From positions 54,686,001 through 54,750,000 of the forward strand of contig CM059432.1 in NCBI GenBank assembly GCA_030390025.1: 64,000 nucleotides of DNA, written 5' to 3'. The notes beneath the pieces are model-generated. The model worked only from the letters and a program-made list of their open reading frames with translations, searched no databases and was not told where the DNA came from. The DNA is from Squalus acanthias. Lineage: Eukaryota. Shown here piece after piece: positions 24,615-36,062 of the stretch (position 1 is its first letter; every line of letters begins with the position of its first letter). The translations under genes and the position numbers were made by a program.

Positions 24615-27455
24615 ATGTCTAAAAATGTTAAAAAGACAAATCTAAAGGCACTGTATCTGAATGCACGAAGCATTCATAACAAGGAAGGCGAATTAACAGT
24701 GCCAATAGATGTAAACGGATACGATATAATTGTGATTACGGAGACATGGCTGCAGGGTGACCAAGGCTGGGAGCTGAATATCCAAGAATATTCGATATTT
24801 AAGAAGGACAGGCAAAAAGGAAAATGAGGTGGGGTGGCATTGTTAGTAAAGGATAAAATCAGAGCAATAGTGAGAAAGGATATTGGCTCAGAAAATCAAG
24901 ACATAGAATCAGTCTGGGTGGAGCTAAGAAGCACCAAGGGGCAGAAAACATTGGTGGGAGTGGTCTATAGGCCTCCAAACAGTAGTGGTAATGTAGGGGA
25001 TGGCATCAAACAGAAAATTAGAGATGCATGTAACAATGGTACTACAGTAATCATGGGTGACTTTAATCTACATATAGACTGGCAAAAACCAAATTAGCAA
25101 TAATACTGTGGAGGATGAATTCCTGGAGTGTGTACGAGATGTTTTTTTAGACCAGTATGTTGAGGAGCCAACTAGGGAACAGGCTATCCTAGATTGGGTG
25201 TTGTGCAATGAGAAGGGGTTAATTAATAATCTTGTTGTGCGGGGTCCTTTAGAGAAGAGTGATCATAACATGATAGTATTCTTCATTAAGATGGAAAGTG
25301 AAGAAGTCCAATCCAAAACTAGGGTCCTAAATCTAAACAAAGGAAACTACGAAGGTATGAGGAGTGAGTTGGCTATGATAGATTGGGGAGCTTCATTAAA
25401 AGGTATGACGGTGGATAGGCAATGGTTAACATTTAAGGAAGGAATGCATGAATTGCAACAGTTATACATTCCTTTCTGGAGCAAAAACACAAAAGGAAAA
25501 GCGGCCCAACCATGGCTAACAAAAGAAATTAAGGATAGTATTAGATCCAAAGAGGAGTCATATAAAGTTGCCAGAAAAAGTAGCAAACCTGAGGATTGGG
25601 CGCAGTTTAGTGTTCAGTAAAAAAGGACCAAGAGATTGATCAAGAGGGGAAAAATAGAGTATGAGAGTAAACTTGCAAGGAACATAAAAACGGATTGTAA
25701 AAGCTTCTATAAGTATGTAAAAAGAAAAAGATTAGTGAAGTCAAATGTAGGTCCCTTACAGTCAGAAATGGGAGAATTTATAATGGTGAACAAGGAAATG
25801 GCAGTGCAATTAAACAAATACTTTGGTTCTGTTTTCACAGAAGAGGACACAAATAATTTCCCAGAAATGCTAGGGAACCAAGGGTCTAGTGAGAAGGAGG
25901 AATTAAAGGAAATTATTATTAGTAAAAAAATAGTGCTGGAGAAATTTGTGGGACTGAGAGCTGATAAATCCCCAGGGCCTGATAATCTGCATCCCAGAGT
26001 ACTAAAAGAGGTAGCCATGGAAATGGTGGATGCGTTGGTTGTCATCTTCCAAAATTCTATAGATTATGGAACAGTTCCTGCAGATTGGAAGGTGGCAAAT
26101 GTAACCCCACTATTAAAAAAGGAGGGAGAGAGAAAACAGGGAACTACAGACCGGCTAGCCTAACATCAGTAGTAGGGAAAATGCTAGAGTCTATCATAAA
26201 GGATGTGATAACAGGACACTTAGAAAATATCAATGGGATTAGACAAAGTCAACATGGATTTATGAAAGGGAAATCGTGTTTGACAAACCTACTGGAGTTT
26301 TTTGAGGATGTAACTGGTAGAATAGATAAGGGAGAACCAGTGGATGTGGTGTATTTGGATTTTCAGAACGCCTTTGATAAAGTCCCACATAAGAGGTTAG
26401 TGTGCAAAATTAAAGCACATGGGATTGGGGGTAATATACTGTCATGGATTGAAAATTGGTTAACAGACAGGAAACAGAGAGTAGGAATAAATGGGTCTTT
26501 TTTGGGGTGGCAGACGGTGACTAGTGGGGTACCGCAGGGATCAGTGTTTCGGCCCCAGCTAGTCACAATATATATCAATGATTTGGATGAGGGAACCAAA
26601 TGTAATATTTCCAAGTTTGCTGACGACACAAAACTAGGTGGGATTGTGAGTTGTGAGGAGGATGCAAAGAGGCTTCAAGGCGATTTAGACAAGTTGAGTG
26701 AGTGGGCAAATACATGGCAGATGCAGTATAACGTGGATAAATGTGAAGTTATCCACTTCGGTAGGAAAAACAGAATGGTAGAGTATTATTTAAATGGTGC
26801 TAGATTGAGAAATGCTGATGTACAAAGGGACCTGGGTGTCCTTGTGCACCAGTCACTGAAAGCAAACATGCAGGTGCAGCAAGCAGTTAAGAAGGCAAAT
26901 GGTATGTTGGCCTTCATTGCAAGAGGATTTGAGTACAGGAGCAAGGATGTCTTATTACAGTTGTACAGGGCCTCGATGAGACCACACCTGGAGTACTGTG
27001 TGCAGTTTTGGTCTCCTTACCTAAGAAAGGATATACTTGCCATAGAGGGAGTGCAGCGAAGGTTCACCAGACTGATTCCTGGGATGGCAGGTCTGTTGTA
27101 TGAGGAGAGATTGGGTCAACTAGGCCTGTATTCACTAGAGTTTAGAAGAATGAGAGGGGATCTCATTGAAACGTATAAAATTCTGACAGGGCTAGACAGA
27201 CTGGATGCAGGGAGGATGTTTCCCCTGGCTGGGGCGTCTAGAACGAGGGGTCACAGTCTCAGGATACGGGGTAGGACATTTAGGACTGAGATGAGGAGAA
27301 ATTTCTTCACTCAGAGGGTGGTGAACCTGTGGAATTCTCTACCACAGAAGGCTGTGGAGGCCAAGTCACTGAATATATTTAAGAAGGAGATAGATAGATT
27401 TCAAGACACAAAAGGCATCAAGGGGTATGGGGAGAGAGTGGGAATATGGTATGGA
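24615..27455 (+). pseudogene. CR1 ORF2p (APE endonuclease + reverse transcriptase), disrupted
   Basis: YLNARSI, ITETWL, GVVYRPP, MGDFN and SDHN (endonuclease); [21 protein letters not shown] and KFADD (RT). Stops at ~24825, 25095 and 25618, and a frameshift near 26115. Confidence 0.95.
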
Positions 27456-27654
27456 GATAGAGGATCAGCCATGATCATATTGAATGGTGGAGCAGGCTCG
27501 AAGGGCCGAATGGCCTACTGCTTCTCCTATTTTTCTATGTTTCTAAATATTTACGTTGCGCTACCTTGGAATCATTTAGGTTTCAATCAAGCTCGTTGTA
27601 AAAGTATTAGTAGGTTCTTCCAAATTTGACGATTGCTGAGAAATAAATAGAGGC

Positions 27655-27768
27655 TGTTTGTGTTTGTGTGTTTTTATGTATATGTGTGTATTTGTGTGTG
27701 CATGTTTATATGCATGTTTGTATGTCTGTTTAATGTTTGTTTGTGTATGCTTATGTGCGTGGGGTGGG
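27655..27768. repeat. Degenerate (GT/AT)n simple repeat
   Basis: tgtttgtgtttgtgtg...tatgtgtgtatttgtgtgtg run. Confidence 0.7.
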
Positions 27769-28147
27769 GCCCATTAAACTGAAATGTCTCCTGTATCTGG
27801 GAATGCACTGCAGCAAAAAGATGTTTGCAGAGTACAAAATTAAGCTGTTGTGATCTCATCTTCAGATTTAATGCTTGCTTTGTTTTATCAAAAAGTGCAC
27901 TGTAATAATTAATTTTTAATCAAATGAGCTTTACAGAACTAACTTCTATTTGCACCTCATGGTGACTGGTTGCCGTTCATTCAAACAACAAATATCATAA
28001 TAACCCTCAGACCATCGCTGCAGTGCTGTGGCAGCTTTCTAGATTACGTTTGATTATATTTAGAGATTTAAGTTAAACACAAGGGAGAACCTACTTTAAT
28101 TGTCTTTATCCCACGCCCCTCACCCCCATCATCCTGAAAATAATAGC

Positions 28148-28607
28148 AAAAGAAAGGCTTGCATTTATATAGCGCCTTTCACGACCACCAGACGTCTCAA
28201 AGTGCTTTTCAGCCAATGAAGTACTTTTGAAGTGTTGTCAAGTGAGAAATGCGGCAACCACTTTGCGCACAGCAAGCTCCCACAAACAGCAATGTGATAA
28301 TGACCAGATAATCTGTTTTTGTTATGTTGATTGAGGGATAAATATTGGCCAGGACACCAAGGATAACTCCGCTGCTCTTCTTCAAAATAGTGCCATGGGA
28401 TCTTTTACGTCCACCTGAGAGGGCAGACTGGGCCTCGGTTTAGCGCCTCATCTGAAAGACGGCACCTCCAACAGTGCAGTACTCCCTCAGCACTGCACTG
28501 GAGTGTTAGCCTAGATTTATATGCTTAAGTTCCATGGAGTGGGACTTGAACCCACAACCTTCTGACTCAGAGGCGAGTGTACTACCCACTGAGCCACAGC
28601 TGACACT
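28148..28607 (-). mobile_element. tRNA-derived SINE, SacSINE1/Deu-SINE-like, full length
   Basis: Minus-strand A box TGGCTCAGTGG and B box GGTTCAAGTCC, with an L2-like tail ...TATATAAATGCAAGCCTTTCT. Paralogous copies lie at 35319, 40508 and 45410. Confidence 0.88.
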
Positions 28608-29367
28608 AGCAGGGCACACTGATACCAAAATAGTGTGGCGTAATGAGAAACATCATTGTGTTAGTGTTTTATTGTAATGTACATCTAATACATTATACTG
28701 GCTTATCAAATTTCATCAGATAAGAAATATTCCCTGGCCACTAGTACTGGACCACCACTTGTAGTCAAATCACATAAAGCATTACGATTTATAAATCAGT
28801 GTGAGGACAAGTGGTGATAATCTGTTGCTCCTAATGGAATCAGGATTATTATCCCACTCATCATTTATTTAGTTTATATAAATCTATACATCCCTCCAAG
28901 CGTCCATCCCCCTGATTCATTCAAACAGTAGAGAACAACGCGATGGTAACTTGTGTTACGTCCGGTGGCGATAGCGTCAGAAGGATAATCTGACGTGAGC
29001 TAATTCTCCTCCACTTTAAAGTATACGGGGAATTCTAAAATTATTAAGCCGTATTATCCTAGGTTGAGAAATGCTAATGAAACCGGAATGAGCCTTTTTA
29101 CACTGACGAAATCAGTTTCACAATATACAATGGTTCAATTCATCCATCGATTGGCGGACTGATTAATTGGTCCCTCTGACACACACTGTGGGCTGATAAA
29201 TTTTCAATTTGTGAGTTTGGCAGTAATACTACAATTATGTTATGATGATCCATAAGAAGAACAGCTCCATTTCAATATTAATTTTCATGCATTCTGTTTA
29301 AAGACCAAATAAACCAAATGTTATTGTTCCTAGGTACAGCAACAAAGAAAAAGGGGACTGGTTAGGC

Positions 29368-30437
29368 CAGTGGTTCTCAAACTGGGGTCCATGGACCCTT
29401 GGGGGTCTGTAGAGACTTTCCAGGGGGTCCGCGAAATAATTCAAAAGTTACTTAGCTGGGAGAAGTCACTTCAATTCTATTTAAAATTTTGTACCTCCTA
29501 TTTAGGATCTGGTTGACAGAAAAGCCATTTGGAATCAATGGCATGGAAATGGCTTGTGAAGTGTTCATGTTAATTATTCACGGTTGCTAAGTGATATCAA
29601 GCCCAGGCTATGGCATGGGATGCCTGGAGGGGGCTGGTTGAGGCAGTCGGGTAGAGGCAGCCGGCTGGACAGGCAGGGAGGAATGCAATGGGTCAGGCCG
29701 CTGCTCAGCTTCTTTCGGGAACCAATGGAGCAGCAGAAGGCGGCTCACGGTTGCTGCGGCCAGGCCCCTGACGTTGCAACGTGGCCAAGCAGAGAGTGGG
29801 AGTCCATGGACTCTAGCTATGGGCGCCATGTGTCGGCCTCACTGAAGAAACAAAAGGTGAGTTGGAGCCCGGTACAGTCGGTACACTCCCCGACAATGTG
29901 GAAAACTGCCCAGGTGTGTCCTGTCCACAAAAAGCAGGACAAATCCAATCCGGCCAATTACCACCCCATCAGTCTACTCTCAATCATCAGTAAAGTGATG
30001 GAGTGTCGTCGACAGTGCTATCAAGTGGCACTTACTCATCAATAACCTGCTCACCAATGCCCAGTTTGGGTTCCGCCAGGACCACTCGGCTCCAGACCTC
30101 ATTACAGCTTTGGTCCAAATATGGACAAAGGTGCTGAATTCCAGAGGTGAGGTGAGAGTGACTGCCCTTGACATCAAGGCAGCATTTTGCCCAGTGTGGC
30201 ATCAAGGAGCCCTAGTAAAACTGAAGTCAATGGGAATCGGGGAAAACGGACCGCAAATTCCTGGATTCTGCTATGGCAGCAATGAAGACAAAGTACAAGT
30301 CCTTAAAAGCATTATTAAAACACTCTTTACATGCAGCACTTACATAGTTTTATCTCGTATTATAATGTAGATGGGGGAGTGATTATTAATCCATTTGAAA
30401 AGGGGTCCTTCAACCAAAAAAGTTTTGAGAACCACTG
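29368..30437. mobile_element. hAT (Charlie-like) non-autonomous element
   Basis: Perfect 14-bp TIR CAGTGGTTCTCAAA / TTTGAGAACCACTG. 8-bp flanks GGTTAGGC / GATTGGAC (5/8 identical, differences are transitions only). Confidence 0.85.
29888..30247 (+). mobile_element. Internal RT fragment of a CR1/L2-group LINE inside the hAT element
   Basis: MWKTAQVCPVHKKQDKSNPANYHPISLLSIISKVME, QFGFR and ALDIKAAF..VWH motifs. No 3' tail. Confidence 0.85.
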
Positions 30438-30512
30438 GATTGGACAAATAGGTGTGTGTGTGTTTGTCTGTACTGCTGCAGAGAAGGCTACAGATGGAGC
30501 TCGATATATCAA

Positions 30513-30694
30513 TGATGCGGAGATGCCGGTGTTGGACTGGGGTGGACAAAAGTGAGAAGTCGCACAACACCAGGTTATAGTCCAACAGTTTTATTTGAAA
30601 TCACAAGGTGAAGTCTGACGAAGGAGCAGCGCTCCGAAAGCTTGTGATTTCAAATAAAACTGTTGGACTATAACCTGGTGTTGTGCGACTTCTC
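30513..30694. mobile_element. Penelope-like terminal-repeat insertion forming a perfect 54-bp inverted repeat
   Basis: Arms 30554-30607 and 30641-30694 are exact reverse complements. A direct repeat ctcgatatatcaa at 30500-30512 and 30692-30704 is the likely TSD. Confidence 0.8.
30608..30650 (+). ncRNA. Minimal hammerhead ribozyme core
   Basis: CUGACGA (30615-30621), an extra A, stem II GGAGC-AGC-GCUCC, GAAA (30636-30639), and a palindromic AGCU in place of stem III followed by U. Confidence 0.65.
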
Positions 30695-33600
30695 GATATA
30701 TCAAGGCAGACCCAGTCCGTCTATGGGTTAAATGAGCCCATATCCAACGGGTCAAATTTTCAACCCAAAGCGAAACCAATACCTCCAACCTCCAGAGACC
30801 GAATTTCTATCGGATTGACGAGATTCTTTGAAAGATTCCAATGCTTTTAAGATCACCGCAAGCTCTATGAGTAAAAGAGAACGGTTCGAAATACTGTTAG
30901 CGGTTTGATGTCAGTGTGAAAGACAGAAATCGATGAGGTGGCAGGGTAAAGCCTAATACAGGGGCTTCAGTCGAAACTGCCAACGCATATGTTCTTTTAC
31001 TTATGCAAATAGACAAAGGAGTAAACGCACCAATATTACGGTTTTCAGTAAACATGCACTTAGCAGTCCTTCATTCGCAGTGAGAATACTTGTTTGAACC
31101 AAGAGCTTCAGTTTTTGCTGTGTTGCATTTGTTTCAATATAAGAATTTTTTTTACACTTCAATATCAACCTCCTAATGTTTTGCTGTAATTCTTAACCCA
31201 AGCACAGCGATGAATGTTGGATTCACAGTGCAGTAATGGTGTCACCCATGTTTTAAGACCCTTTTTGTTTCAATACTTTCATCCATCTGCTGTCAGTTTG
31301 GATGGCAGATCCAGAATGGAGAGAAAATCACTACTTCGGCCAGAAATTATTTAAAAGGGGTACTGTTGCTTACATTTCTTGCTAAATTGACAAGTACTTA
31401 TTTAATCCTAAAGCTTTGTGATGCTTCAGTGCAGCGTGTTGAATATTTAAGTGCAGTAGTGTTGGGAGGTTTAGTGCTGCCGACTGGCTCTGAGCAGTGT
31501 CTGCAATATTTCCAAATCCCACCTCATTATTCGTGACGTGCATCATCGGGGGCATTGCCTAAAGTTAGGAACAGTTTATATAAATATTTGCATATGTTTG
31601 CAAAGCGTAATTGTTATAACACGCAGGTGAACTGCAAGGGTTTATCCGTGTTTGTGTCTCATATATATCCAGATCTGGATATTTTTGGTTCGTTAGTCAC
31701 ACAATAAAAGGTCTATGCTATCCATCATAATCTAAAAATAGCCTTTAGTGGTGAGCGATTCCAAGACTGTAAGTTTTGCTGTTCAGTTGAAACCATTCCA
31801 GTTTTGCTTTTGCAGTTTAAATGCATGTTATGACTGCTCTGCTTAGATTGCAGCTCTCTAATGCATTGACAGATATGTTGCTCTTTTCGTTGTCCATTTC
31901 AAGCGGGTACTATTAATCTGTGTTCAGTTGTGATTCTTTACACAAAGAAAAAAGTTAAAATGCCCTTTAACATTCTATTGAAGGAGCTATACAGAAAGAC
32001 CAACTTTAGGATTCATTCCATTGATTAAAAATGAGAATTATTGAAGCAAACATTTCAAGTGCCATAGGTTAAATACCAGCTGTTGGGCATTGTGAGTTGC
32101 GATTTTATTTGAACAGTGTGACTTGGAAAGCAGGTGGGAAATTGTTTAAAAATAAGATATTTTTTTTTAATATAAAAAGAAATGATGTTGGGATACAAAC
32201 TATAAGGCTGCATATTAGCAACGACTCATTGTTGTAAATAACTGTTGTAAATAAATTGAAGATAAAGCATCTTTAATGTTGTCACATAGACAGAATTAAG
32301 CATTTCAAACAGCAAATAGTGCAACAATAAAGCATAAACAGGTCCCATTTCAAAGGTAAATTATATATAGGAGATCTATATGAATCTGAAATATTTCTTG
32401 TGTCAAATACGTTAATTTAGGAAATGTGCATTGGGTAGGCTATATATATCAGTTATTGTGGATTTATCTTCATTTAATATTTTAGGAGTTATCAAATTAA
32501 CTTGTTTGAGACACCGATATGATACAGATGTGGCAAGAGGATTGCTATCATAGATCACTTATTTTGTCAAGGAGAAACATGACTACTTCAATATGCATCC
32601 CAGGAATTGGGGAGAAGAACAGAACTGGATTGTAATGCTTCTTTGCTTGCTATAGCATAGAATCAATTTGTGACAGATTGTTTGTGAGATGCAACATATT
32701 GTATTAAATTCACTATTTAATACCGCTGAGAAAACCTCCTCCAGGCAATGCCATTAGATATGCTTGTGTGAGCACTAAGCATGCAAATTGTTTTTATGTG
32801 GCATGGAGCCCAATAAATCTGCCTTCATTTCCTTATGAATCTCGTTTCTAGCATACATTTCACCTTGGTAGAAATTACAACATTTTTTAAACAATATAAC
32901 ATCCAAAAACAAGTGAACTACAGGAAGGTATTGTACCGAATAGATCATCATTAATTTTCATAACATAAGAAAGCTTATCATGAGAAATGACCATTTGGCC
33001 CACTGGCTACGCAGTCCATTTATACAGTCCATTTTATTATTGGAAATTATCCAATCTATTTAATCTATTCAGCCTTGAAATAAATACATTGGTGTCATGC
33101 AAAGCCTTGTAAATATATGTCTGGCCAATTTTTCATGCTTGTGGCAAATTAAGATTGTACTCCCCATTCCCAAGCCCTTCTTCATTAATTCAATAGTTGG
33201 ATGAGTGCAATTCCATGAATTTGCCATAAACCTCCAGTGGATTTAGATGTGAGTATAAAGCTTTACTCATGCATCTGATATCAAGCAAAAGTAATGGCTA
33301 CAACAATCTAATGAAAATTAATTTCATTATACTAGTTACAGTATACATTTGTGAGGTGTTTAGCCAGTGGTATCATAAACCAGCCTTCCTCTCGAGTTTC
33401 AGCCCCTTTGAATTTAGAATTTTCTCCAGCTGGTAGTTCAACTGTGTTGTGCAGACATTTTCATCTGGCCTTGTATTGTGCACTCTTTATATAATCAGTT
33501 GCAAAAGAGGCAAAACTCATAATTTTATACTCAACTGTTTCATCTACATATTGCATAATGTAAAAATACAATTGAATATAAAAGGTACCATCCAATACGT

Positions 33601-35318
33601 TTGCCTTATTTGAAGATAATGTTGAAGCTTTACTTCCATTCATCATCCTTCACCTGTGAGGAGCCCCAAATCAAAAGATGTCATGATGGGTATCATAGGC
33701 TTTGATAGTCTCAGCTCAGTCCACAATATTACTATAGCACACTACGTCTCAGCTCTGATGGATTCAAAAGAGGACGTGTGGTGTGAGGTATGGCATGGTA
33801 ATAAAAGCAAAGGCTGCTCCTCTGACATTTAACTTGATGTGAGTAGTTAAGGCAAGCTGTCCAACATTCTTGCTGACCTGTAACCATATTTAATCCATGA
33901 ATACATAATGCAGTTATTGGATCTACAAGTGAATGTTTCTCTATTTCTACCCCTATCACCTATCTGTCTGACAAGCACTAAATATTTTCAATTAAAGGTA
34001 TCATTTGTTAAAAATTCTGAAGGTATCTTGTAAGTTCAAATACTGCTTAAGATCAACTTATTTCATGTACAAATTTCCCATTCAACACATTGTACTTTAT
34101 TTTATATATAAAATGGGCTAATGTCAAAAGTCAAAATCAATGTTTTGAGAAAATTTAATTCCAGGGTGAATTCAAATCAGTTTCTGACTTTCTCTCCTTT
34201 CACAATATTAATAGCTTCACTTTCAGAATTTGACATCTCTTAGACAAATAAAACTATAGCTTATGTAGAACCCTATCTTTGGCATGAGTTGTAAATACTA
34301 CAGTACAGTATTTAGAAAGTGTTATTCATATTTAGTAGCACAAGGCACTATTATATCAGTTGTTTATTTTTTAAAGAACACTGATAATGCTCCATCGAGG
34401 CTTTATTCTGGAATTACCTCAATGTTAAGTACTGCCCCATGATAAAATAATTGTTTTGTTAAACTTATTTGAAATTCATTTACTAAATATCAATGGATTT
34501 CTAAAGTTCAAATTATAAGATTCCTTTCTTCTTGGAAACTGAAATTGTGTTAAAGAGGAATCCACTGCATTATATTTTCAATAATTGCTCCCAATACGAA
34601 TGTTATTTACATCACATGCACACAGACACTGTTATTAACCAACAGGCACTAAAGCTGCATCACACAAACTAACTCATGCTCCAATTGTTTTCCAGACGCT
34701 CCATCCATTTGTACTGCAACTAAGACCAGATCGCTCTCCATTAAAAGTAAAAATATGTTATTAGGTAATAATGGATATAAGAATGATTACAAGGCAGAAA
34801 TCATTTTGATGTAGTCAGATTGATCATATAAACTGTCAGAGTGCAGCTTGAATGGTTTGTAACTAGTATCTGAACAGAGACTTGTTACTACCTTGAAATC
34901 ATTTCCATCAAAGTGAATTTTTTACAATGTAATATATGGACTTCATAGGGGCAATTTTATTCTGCTTTTTTCCTAGAAATAGGTGTTACAATGGGCATCG
35001 ACAGCCAGAGGTTAATTCATAATTACGTCATCGCTAAAAGATTAACAACTATGATATAATCGCAGCAAATTTAATATGCAGTTGATTATTAGAAACCAGC
35101 CAAAACAATATTATATGCTCAAGCTAAAATCTAGAGCATGCTGATAAAATGTACTTAGTGACATAACAAAGGTATTAACTGCTTTTGAGGACTGTAGTGC
35201 TGAACACTAATGGTCACAGAAATAACTGGGAATGCTATCACTTCCACAGTCAAATTGTGAAATCTATCTTGACACTATGTTATGAAGGCCTGAGGGATAT
35301 AACTTATATCTAAAAAGT

Positions 35319-36062
35319 AAAAGAAAGACTTGCATTTATATAGCGCCTTTCATGACCTCAGGACATACCAAAGAGCTTTACAGCCATTGAAGTACTTTTG
35401 AAGTGTAGTCACCATTGTAGGAAACTCGGCAGCAAATTTTTAACATAGAATTTACAGCACAGAAACAGATTATTCAGCCCAACTGGTCTATGCCAGTGTT
35501 TATGCTCCACATGAGCAATTTGTGCACAGCAAGGTCCCATAAACAGCAATGTGATAATGACCAGATAATCTGTTTTAGTGATGTTAGTTGAGGGATAATT
35601 ATTGGCCAGGACACTGGGGAGAATGCCCTTGCTCTTCACAGAATCCCCACAGTGCAGATAGAGGCCATTTCGGTCCATCGAGCCTGCACCAACACATATC
35701 CCACCCTATCCCCGTAACCCCACGTATTTAATCCCCCTAACACTAAGGGTCAATTTATCATAGCCAAATCAACCTAACCCGCACATCTTTGGACTGTGGG
35801 AGGAAACCGGAGCACCCGGAGGAAACCCACACAGACACGGGGAGAATGTGCAAACTCCACACAGACAGTCACCCGAGGCCGGATTCGAACCCGGGTCCCT
35901 GGCGCTGTGAGGCAACAGTGCTAACCACTATGCCACCGAAATAGTGCCATGGGATCTTTTACATCCCCCTGAGGGGCAGTCGGGGCCTCGGTTTAACATC
36001 TTATCCAAAAGGCGGCATCTCCGGCAGTGCAGCATTCCCTCTGTACTGAACTGGAGAGTCTA
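35319..36062 (-). mobile_element. SacSINE1/Deu-SINE-like element with two nested insertions (CR1 tail ~35441-35515; HE1 SINE 35637-35938)
   Basis: Collinear with 28148-28510 once both inserts are removed (gctcttc|...|aaatagtgccatggga). Confidence 0.85.
35637..35938 (-). mobile_element. HE1-type V-SINE
   Basis: Minus-strand tRNA head (GGTGGCATAGTGG, GGTTCGAATCC), V-domain gggaggaaaccggagcacccggaggaaacccac, and a CR1-derived tail. Nearly identical to 49444-49753. Confidence 0.9.

Larger units (their letters stand above)
18604..27545 (+). mobile_element. Near full-length CR1 LINE (5' UTR, ORF1, ORF2, 3' tail), interrupted by an autonomous Harbinger
   Basis: 5' UTR with a ~60-bp direct repeat (18605 and 18923), an esterase ORF1, an APE-endonuclease + RT ORF2, and a (TTTCTATG)-type tail. 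Confidence 0.92.

Noticed and set aside
26085..27629. 514-aa intact reverse transcriptase gene
   Set aside because: It is part of a CR1 ORF2 with upstream stops and a frameshift. The C-terminal extension comes from a lost stop codon.
28530..28607. tRNA genes (also 35870-35938 and 49680-49753)
   Set aside because: The A/B boxes are SINE heads joined to SINE bodies and LINE-derived tails.
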